Shown: piece by piece, positions 1-9,900 of the stretch
Layout of the letters: each line of letters begins with the position of its first letter
Numbering within the stretch: the stretch's first letter is position 1
NCBI GenBank assembly: GCA_950097015.1
Contig: CATNEN010000003.1
Coordinates: forward strand, 3,534,001-3,598,000
Reading direction: 5' to 3'
DNA: 64,000 nucleotides
Origin: Macrostomum hystrix
Taxonomy: Eukaryota > Animalia > Platyhelminthes
Translations under genes and position numbers: made by a program
Notes under the pieces: model-generated
Told to the model about the DNA's origin: nothing
The model's database searches: none
What the model saw: only the letters and a program-made list of their open reading frames with translations

Positions 1-430
1 ATAGGTGTGATATTGGTGTGATACTGGTGTGATATTTGTGGGATATAGGTGTGATATTTGTGTGATATTGGTGTGATATTTGTGGGATATAGGTGTGATA
101 TTTGTGTGATACTGGTGTGATATTGGTGTGATACTGGTGTGATATTGGTGTGATACTGGTGTGATATTTGTGTGATACTGGTGTGATATTGGTGTGATAC
201 TGGTGTGATATTGGTGTGATACTGGTGTGATACTGGTATGATATTTGTGTAATACTGGTGTGATATTGGTATGATACTGGTGTGATATTTGTGTGATATA
301 GGTGTGATATTGGTGTGATACTGGTGTGATATTTGTGTAATACTGGTGTGATATTGGTATGATACTGGTGTGATATTGGTGTGATATAGGTGTGATATTG
401 GTGTGATATAGGTGTGATATTTGTGTGATA
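1..430. repeat. 11-bp tandem repeat (GGTGTGATAYT), runs off the window start
   Basis: Directly visible 11-bp periodicity with variants ggtgtgatatt/ggtgtgatact/tgtgtgatatt. Confidence 0.95.
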
Positions 431-948
431 GTGGCAGAGACTAGGTTTTTTAATATACGAGCGTTCATGTATGTCTCAGTAATGATAGTTTGCTGTGTTT
501 TTTAATTCTGAAATTCCCGACCCTTATGAGTTTGAGCAACGGTTGGCCTGTTGTTGACTTTGGCTACCAGTTCAAAAATAGCAGGTTGGACTTTGCATGC
601 TATTTTAAGTTACATTTTTAAATGAATCTTTTATATATGTCCAATGATAAGAAAGAGCAAAAAATTGCTTTACAGTGAAAGACACTAAATTTTGATGTGC
701 TTTGATACCTTTCAGTGCTTTAGATTCAAATAGGTGTCCTTTGATTAAGATAAAGATAGAACTTTATCAATTTGTGAACTTTGGACTTTGAAGTGCAAAG
801 AGATTTCTTATTAAAAATGAGCTAATGAAAGGCTTTGGGAAAATAACTGAATGATATCAGGTCACAAGCGATAAAAATGTGTTTGAAAGGCTAGAAAAGC
901 AAAATATTTTTTAAAGGCTTGAATATTTCTATTGTCTAGCGTGGAGCG

Positions 949-3900
949 ATGAAATTTGAAGAGATCATTGGATTGTTAGGAGATTTCGGTCTCTACCAGA
1001 GACTATTATACATTATACCTTGTTACGCCTCCATCTGTGCAGGTATGTTTTTTTGTTCTTTTGGCTACAAATTTATTTACAAAAATAAAAAACTTAATTT
1101 TTAACACCATAGTTAAAAATCATAAAGACCATAGTCATTTAAGGAAGCTTAAGTATATAAAAGCACGATGCTAGTGCGTGATTAGTTGTAGGCCAACTGC
1201 CGAATTCGAAAGCTTAAATCAGGGGTAGGCAAACTTATTTGCTGGCGGGCCAAAGAGAGAACCTAAAAGACGACAGCGGGCCGCATTGACTGTATAAATA
1301 TGAGATAGGGGAGAGATGAGACACGGGAGAGATGAGACACAGGAGAGATTAGACACGGGAGAGATAAGACACGGGAGAGATGAGACACGGGAGAGATAAG
1401 ACAGGGGAGAGATTAGACACGGGAGAGATGAGACACGGGAGAGATTAGACACGGGAGAGATAAGACAGGGGAGAGATTGGACACGGGAGAGATAAGACAG
1501 GGGAGAGATTAGACACGGGAGAGATGAGACACAGGAGAGATTAGACACGGGAGAGATTGGACACGGGAGAGATAAGACAGGGGAGAGATTGGACACGGGA
1601 GAGAAAAGACAGGGGAGAAATTAGACACAGGAGAGATTAGACACGGGAGAGATAAGACACGAGAGCGATGAGACATGGGAGAGATTAGACACGAGAGCGA
1701 TGAGACACAGGAGAGATTAGACACGAGAGCGATGAGACACAGGAGAGATTAGACACGAGAGCGATGAGACACAGGAGAGATTAGACACGGGAGAGATGAG
1801 ACACGGGAGAGATTAGACACGGGAGAGATTAGACACGGGAGAGATTAGACACGGGAGAGATAAGACAGGGGAGAGATTGGACACGGGAGAGATAAGACAG
1901 GGGAGAGATTAGACACGGGAGAGATGAGACACAGGAGAGATTAGACACGGGAGAGATTGGACACGGGAGAGATAAGACAGGGGAGAGATTGGACACGGGA
2001 GAGAAAAGACAGGGGAGAAATTAGACACAGGAGAGATTAGACACGGGAGAGATAAGACACGAGAGCGATGAGACATGGGAGAGATTAGACACGAGAGCGA
2101 TGAGACACAGGAGAGATTAGACACGAGAGCGATGAGACACAGGAGAGATTAGACACGAGAGCGATGAGACACAGGAGAGATTAGACACGGGAGAGATGAA
2201 ACAGGACACTGTAGATGTCAGAAGGGGCAACGGGCCGGATTTGGGAGCTTCAAGGGCCGCATCTGGCCCGCGGGCCGGAGTTTGCCGACCCCTGGCTTAA
2301 ATAAAAGCACGATGCTAGTGCGTGATTTGTTCTAGGTTTAAATTTTTTTTAATTGGCACGAGATTAAAAACACGGTTCCCTGTACGAGCTATACTTCAAC
2401 CTTCAAATCAGAGGAATTAAAAGTATGATAATGATGCCCCTGTGACGATTAAACACAAAGGACGAAGTCGAAGTCTGAGCAGCGGCAATTGTAAGTTCGG
2501 CAATTCAAAGTCAGTAATGTGGGTGACGTAGCGGTAGCACTTTTATTCTGTATGCACTGGGACGTCGACAAGCAGGGCGTAATGTAAGGCGTAGGAGCTC
2601 GTAATGGTGAGTGTCAGAACCGAATGTAGTGGAGTGTAGTGAGTGAGAAAAGTCACGGCACGGAACGTAGAAGAGCGAGAATGGCGATAACGAAAGTGAG
2701 GAAGAAAGAACCAGTGGAGCGCAGAACCAGTGGAGCGCGAGCGGGCCGGAAGGAAAGTGAGACGCGAGCGGGCCTGAAGCCCTTGATTAAGTAAACTAGG
2801 CTGATTGAAAAACAAAGCGATCGATACTTCCGGCCAGCCAGAGCTCGCACGCTCATTGGCCGGGGGGGAAAATACATTAAGATACGCGTAGTAAATAGCT
2901 AGAGTGGCGCGATATACGTTTATGGTTACTGACAGTAGCGCACTAATAATTTGACTTACTAATATAAATTAACAGAATTGGATAATATGATACGATGAGT
3001 TAAAACGGCCCTCGCAAGTACATAATTTGGAAATTAAGCATATAATCAACGCATAGAGTAATATTGTAGGGGCGCAGGGATGCCTTCAACAAGTGACAAC
3101 GTCACACCCCGTAATATTTTTCGCCTTCGAGTAATAACGTTTTTTCTCTCGCCTTATTATTGTCCAAAAAGAATTAAAAAGTGAATTGAAAGACTTCGTC
3201 ACTGCATTTTACGAGCACATTGTTATTTTTTTAATCGAGCCACCTCATATAACCACTGCAGCAATTAATGGAATCCTACTATTGTACACACTCCACGTGC
3301 CCAATCATCGTTGCCGAATTCCCGAACTCGGAGCCAGCGACTCTTGGAGTATTAACGCCAGCATAGTTAGCCGGTTTGTGCCAACCAAACCGTGCGATGG
3401 TGACGGCCAAGTGTGCTTCGACCAGTGCCTCATCTATGTCAATGCGACCAATCAGACAGCGGCCTGTCCATCCGGATGGGTATACGACACGACAGACTTA
3501 ATCAGCACATTCGCTATGGATGTGAGTCTTTGAATCGTTAAAATATTCTTTTTTGTCTCCGTGGGGGGCGAAGGATTTGATGAGAGTTTCGATCGATTGT
3601 GAGTCAATTTGAGAATCCGAAATCCACATCTTTCCCACAGACAAAGTTTGCTGTCTATGGCATTATTCGGACTGAAGATGCTTTCAAATTGGGAATCTGA
3701 AATCCACATCTTTCCCACAGACAAAGTTTGCTGTCTATGGCATTATTCGGACTGAAGATGCTTTCAAATTGGGAATCTGAAATCCACATCTTTCCCACAG
3801 ACAAAGTTTGCTGTCTATGGCATTATTCGGACTGAAGATGCTTTCAAATTAACAACATGCCATATAGCATCGCGTCATAACAGTTTCATATCATAGATTC

Positions 3901-6900
3901 GAATATCTTCACTCTCATACCTCGTTAATTATTCGTTTAGAACGACTTTGTCTGCAGTCAAGAGCGCCAGTTTCTTCTGACAACTCTGTCCCAGAGCTAT
4001 TTTTATGGCCTGCTGGTTGGTTCCCTAATCACTGGCTACATTTCAGATAAGTAAGAGAAATATAATTTTAGAATTTTATTGGGACATGACTGCATCAGGT
4101 GTGAGTGGCGTCTCGTACCAAGGTCCCTGAGCTCGAATCCGGGCTATCGAGGCCATATTTGTAAAGACTTCACTTAAGATTGTAGAACGAACTCTACTAC
4201 CAAACGCGATGACACAGCGACTTTTATATTTTATTTTATTTATAAAATCGATAGCAGACTCTACGCATGCACATTGGATAGAAGGTTTAAAAGCACGTAC
4301 ATCAACACACGTACATTCCAAAATTGGATACGTGCCGGGCAGGTGCACAACACACCTGCCTTAGCCAGCCGCAAACAGAGCCACGTCACCACATCCCTCC
4401 CCACCAAAACAGGAACCGGGGGGAGATGGCAAGCAAGGTAAATTATCAAGGAAAGCAAAGTCATGGCAAAAGTAACAACTCAGTCAGTCGGTCAAAAATA
4501 GCTCAGTCTGTCCGGTGTAGCTCGCTGCCTGGTTGACCGTCGAATCGGCACCGGGTCGCCCGTGTCTGCGGTGTCGCTGGCGACCGCAGCTGCCGCAGCC
4601 GATGTCTGGGTTTCCGCTGCCGCCGGTTCCGCGACAGGCTCGGCTTCCGACTCCTGGGCCGCAGCGGCTGGCGCGGTTGGCAGCGGCTTGCGCAGCTGAT
4701 CGATGTGGCGCTGAGCCTGCCGGCCGTCGTCGAACTGGCACGAGAAAGACGCCGCTCCGGAGCTGGCAGTCACCACTGCCGGCTTCCATCTGCCATCGGC
4801 CGCGAAATCTCTCGCCACCACAGCATCGCCTACCTCGATGTGGCGATCACGGGCGTTGGCGTCGTGTTGCTGTTTCTGTATCGCTTGCTGGAGAGCCACC
4901 CTCGCTGGAAGATCCGGCCGCACTCGATCGAGTAGGGACCGCAGCCGCCTTCCCATCAGCAGTTCACACGGCGGGGCGCCAGTCGTGGCGTGAGGCGTCA
5001 CGCGGTAGGTCAGTAGGAAGCGCGCCACCCGGCCCTCCAGCGAGCCGCTCTTCTGCTTCGCCAGCGACTTCTTTAGCGTTTGGACCGCTCGCTCCGCCTG
5101 CCCGTTGGACGCCGGGTGGTAGGGCGCGGTCCGCACGTGCCGGATGCCGTTCTGCTGCAGGAACTTCTCCATCTCCTCGCTGACCAGGTTGGGGCCGTTG
5201 TCCGTCACGATGATGTCTGGCAGCCCATGAGTGCAGAAGCTCTCCCGCAGCCTCTGGATGGTCGCCGCCGAAGTTGTGGACGTCATGACATGCACGTCCA
5301 TCCACTTCGAGTGGACATCGACTACCACCAGCAGCATCTTGCCCTCGACTGGGCCTGCAAAATCAATATGGAGGCGCGACCACGGCCTGTCCGGCCACGC
5401 CCATGGGTGCAGCGGAACCGGTGCCGGTGACTTCTGCAGCTCTCGACAGTCCGCGCAGTCACTGGCAAGCTGCTCGATCGCCTCATCCAACTTGGGCCAC
5501 CAAAAGAAACTTCGAGCGAGCGCCTTCATTCTGGACGCACCCTGGTGTCCTTGGTGCAGACACTGTAGCAGCGCAGACCGGCCGGCGTGCGGCACCACGA
5601 CTCGAGTGCCCCAGAGCAGACAGCCGTCCTGCACGCTGAGCTGGTCGCGTCGGGATCGATACGGCTGCAGTTCTGGGCTCGTCTGCTCCGGCCAGCAGCC
5701 GCATTCGGTGAAGTGCAGCGCTCTGGAAAGGACCGGGTCCTTCCGGGTCCAGACTCGAATGTCTCCGGCTGTGACCGGTCCTTCGTCCAGCATGTCCATG
5801 ACGAGAACCACGTCTGCTGGTACTGGTGCGTCCCGCGGTCTCTCGGGAAGCGGCAGCCGGCTCAGCGCGTCCGCTCGCAGCAGCGATCGGCCGGACCGGT
5901 GCTCCATCGTGTAACTGTAGGCGGACAGGAGAAGCGCCCACCGCTGGATCCTGCCTGATGCCATCGCAGGAATCGGCTTGCCTTCATGCAGCAGCCCCAG
6001 CAGCGGCTTGTGGTCGCTGATGAGTGTGAATTTCCGGCCGTACAGGTACGAGTGAAAGCGTTTTACGCCGAAGATTATTGCTAGGGCTTCCTTGTCCAAC
6101 TGGGAATACCTTGTCTCGGCGTCGTGCAACGAGCGTGAAGCGAAAGCGATCGGCTGGTCGATGCCGTTAATCCGGTGGCTGATGACAGCGCCGATGCCGT
6201 ACGGCGAGGCGTCGCACTCCAGGACCAATGGCTTGCTGTCGTCAATATGCACCAGGACCGGCGCCTTACTGAGGAGCTTCTTGCACTTGTTGAACGCGGC
6301 GTCTTGCGGGGCACCCCAACGCCACTCGGCGCCCTGGTCTAGTAGGCGGTGCAGCGATGCCAGCTCGGCAGATAAGTTCGGCATGAACTTGCCATAATAG
6401 TTGACCATGCCAAGGAAGCTGCGGAGCTGCGTCACATTCCGCGGTGGTGGAGCGTCCACGATCGCGCGCACCTTGTCCTGAAGCGGATGGAGGCCTGCGG
6501 CGTCGATCCTGTGGCCTAGGTAGCAGACGCTCTCCTGCATGAAGTTGCACTTGCCGAGGCCGCAGCGCAGACCGCTCTGTTGCAGTCGCTGCAGCACCAG
6601 CTCTAGGGAGCGTAAATGGCTTCCGTCGTCAGCACCAGTAATGATCAGATCATCAATGAAGCAGGCGACATGCGGGATGGACTGCAGCAGGCTGTCCATG
6701 TACCGCTGGAAGATGCCGACAGCTGGAGCGACGCCGAACGGCAGCCGGGTATACCGAAGCAGGCCCTTAGAGGTGTTGATGGTGCAGAGTTGCTGGGCTG
6801 CTTCGTCAAGCGGCATCTGGGAGTAGGCCTGCGACAAGTCGAGCTTGGTGAACTTTTGGCCGCCGGCCAGCTTGGCAAAAAGCTCGTCAATGCGTGGCAG

Positions 6901-9900
6901 CGGGTACTTGTCAGGCTCGATGTTGATGTTGACCGTCTGCTTAAAGTCCGCACAGATGCGCACCGAGCCGTCGGACTTGAGGACCGGCACGATCGGCGAT
7001 GCGTAGTCCGAGCTGTTCACGGGAACGAGCACGCCCTGCTCGATTTCTTTGTCGAGCTGGGCCTCCACCTTGGCTTTGAGAGCAAAGGGAACGGTGCGCG
7101 CTTTGAAAAATCGAGGCCGGGCTCCGTCTTTCAAGTGCAGCCGTACAGGTGGCCCATTGCACTTACCGAGTCCGGGCTCAAAAACATCGGCGTACTGGTC
7201 AAGCAGGGCGCGGATTCTCGGGTGCTCGCCGTCCTTGGTCACCTGCTTGATGCTGCGCCAGTCCAGAGGCAGGTCAGCAAGCCAGTCGCGGCCGATCAGG
7301 TTCGAACCTGAGCCGTTGACGACAAGCAGTGGAAGCTCCTTGGCCGCTCCAGCCGCCCGCACTTGGACGATGATTCTGCCGAGCAGCGGAACAGGCTCTC
7401 CTGAATACGTGCGCAGGTGGGCGTTGGCGGGCTCAAGCTTGGGCCGTCCTCGCAGCTCTGAGCGGAAGGTGTCCGACGAAATGAGTGAGACCGACGCGCC
7501 GGTGTCAATCTCCATGCGCACCGGCGTGCCATCGATAAGCACCGTTGTCTCGATCGGCGGAATCTTCCCTCTCCGTCGTTCAGCCATTACGTGCAGTGAA
7601 TGCGTCTCTTCCTCTTCCAGCTCGACCTCCCTGACGGCCTGATCGCCCCGACGATTTGTGGCAGCCGGCGACTTGCAGGCAGCAGCCGCGTGGCCCAGCT
7701 TCGAGCAATTGAAGCATTTTTTGTCAACGAATGGGCACTTGGCAGCCGCGTGCCGCTGCGAGAGACACCGAAAACAGCGCTTAGCGACCGGCTGCTTGGC
7801 GATTTGGAAGGCCTCCTGGCTGGCCGAAGATTTGGTCACCATCAGGTTCCCTTCGGCTGCTGAAGCTTCGGCCTGGGCTCGAGACAGTGCGGTGTCGAGC
7901 GTAAGCTTCCGCTCTGACAGCAGCCTCCGCTGGATGTTGTCGTCGTTGATGCCAAGCACGAACCTGTCCCTGAGCATGCTGTCCAGGCTGCTGCCAAAGT
8001 TGCAGTCCCTGGCCAGTCTGCGAAGGTCAGCGAGGAAGTCAGCAATTGACTCGCCGGCACGGCGACTTCGGGTGTAGAAACGGAAGCGCAGAACGATCTC
8101 GGGTGGCTCGGGGTCGAAGTGATTCTTCAGCGTTTCGCAGATGTCTGCATAGCTGCTTGCAGCCGGAGTACCAGGAGCTAGCAGGCTGGCTATTAGCTGG
8201 TAAGTCTTCTTGCCGCAGACACTGAGGAGAACGGCGCGCTTTTTCTCATCTTTGATATCATTGGCCTCGAAAAACTGCTCCAGTCTTTCCTGGTACTGCT
8301 GCCATTTTTCTGTCCCCTCTTCAAAGGGTTCAATAGAGCCAACTAGGCTCATTTCTCGTCGCCACTGTAAAGACTTCACTTAAGATTGTAGAACGAACTC
8401 TACTACCAAACGCGATGACACAGCGACTTTTATATTTTATTTTATTTATAAAATCGATAGCAGACTCTACGCATGCACATTGGATAGAAGGTTTAAAAGC
8501 ACGTACATCAACACACGTACATTCCAAAATTGGATACGTGCCGGGCAGGTGCACAACACACCTGCCTTAGCCAGCCGCAAACAGAGCCACGTCACCACAA
8601 TATTTATTTTGGGCGCTTGGGGACTTCTCGTGCAATTTATGTACACAGTTGAGGGCCCTCCACCCTGCTGCCGCCGCACCGCCACCCTGTGTGCTCACCG
8701 ATTCCTCGGACAAGCCAAGGACGATGGTATGTTCCGAGTTCCCGAGAACTTTACGGTGATACACCAAAAGGAGGTCCTGGTTGAAGCGAAGGAGAACAAC
8801 GCTCCTCGCAGGGACCTAAAACACGTAGGGTGGGCGTCGTATTTTGCCTCGCTGTCGCAAAATAGTGGGCCAGCCCTGGTCAGCATCCCAGTAGATCATC
8901 GGGACTCGATAGCCGCTGGAGAAGCTGCCAAACACGTCCTCACTGCTCAATGCAATCAGAACGGAGGTACCGCGAAGCACCATCCGCACGATGTCGATGG
9001 TGATGCCCTCCTTGATAGTCAGCTCGATCAGGTAGAAATTAGTAGTTACACTCCAAACCTTTCGAAACTAATCCGCAGACCAGTCCCCGTTGCGACACTG
9101 GAGCATCACTCCTGGAATCTTGGCAATTTGGCTTTTGCGGCGAAGGTCGTCTCCGAGGACGCTGCCCCCCTGGCCGATTGGTTGCGCTGAGGTTTCTACT
9201 GAGGTGGCCTCCCCTCCTAGGGAGGCTGTACTGTACCATACTGTACTAACCTGCACTATAGTGGTCTCCTTCAGCGTGTTTCAGACAAGCTTTTTGGGTC
9301 CCTGCGGATCTGTCAGTGTTGGCCAGGGTCTTTGTAGCCCGATTGTAGCTGGAAGCCTGGTTGGGTAGTCCTGAAGAGCTGTGACCCATTCTGTCCTGGA
9401 CCTAAGACCAATTGCTGTGCCAGCACCTCAGCCGCCAGCAAAATCTTGTTTTCAAATAATTATCCATTTTTTACAGGTTTGGTCGTCGAACAACTCTATT
9501 TATCTACCTGGCAGTGCAGGGCCTGAGCAGTCTTGTCTCCGGTCTAGTTAGCGGTGTTGTTGAATTCTGGATCAGCAGGTTCATTAGTGGCATGGCCACT
9601 AGCGGAGTGTTTCCCGCAGCTTTTGTCATTGGTTAGTAACTACTACTTTTAATAGTAAAGCGTCGGCCTCTACGAGTATATATACCTGGATCTCAATATT
9701 TTTTAGAATTCGCACAAATGAGCATGTTTTTCTTTACAGGAATAGAATTTGTCGGTCCTTCGATGCGTCTGCACTCTGGCTTCATCATTGAGTACGTATT
9801 CTCAGTTGGACTACTCATAACAGCTCTATTAGCTTACCTGTTTCGGCACTGGCGTTGGATAACAATTGCATCAGCCTGCATCTCGTTGGTATCCGTTGGC

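Larger units (their letters stand above)
4095..8662 (+). mobile_element. tRNA-derived SINE (family 2) copy, split by the Gypsy insertion (pieces about 4095-4159 and 8600-8662)
   Basis: The head tctcgtaccaaggtccctgagctcgaatcc (B-box-like) and the body tttattttgggcgc..ttggggacttctcgtgcaattt..ttgagggcc both align to the reverse complement of 35660-35915. Confidence 0.65.

Noticed and set aside
4533-8077. Many overlapping ORFs within the Gypsy element
   Set aside because: Antisense or off-frame shadows of a GC-rich gag-pol ORF.
8353-8379. Upstream start of the 1295-aa ORF
   Set aside because: Non-ATG start inside the LTR/PBS. The ATG at 8352 fits the Gag N-terminus.
8480-9190. 236-aa plus-strand ORF
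   Set aside because: It starts inside the LTR and crosses the insertion junction. Codon bias favours the minus strand.
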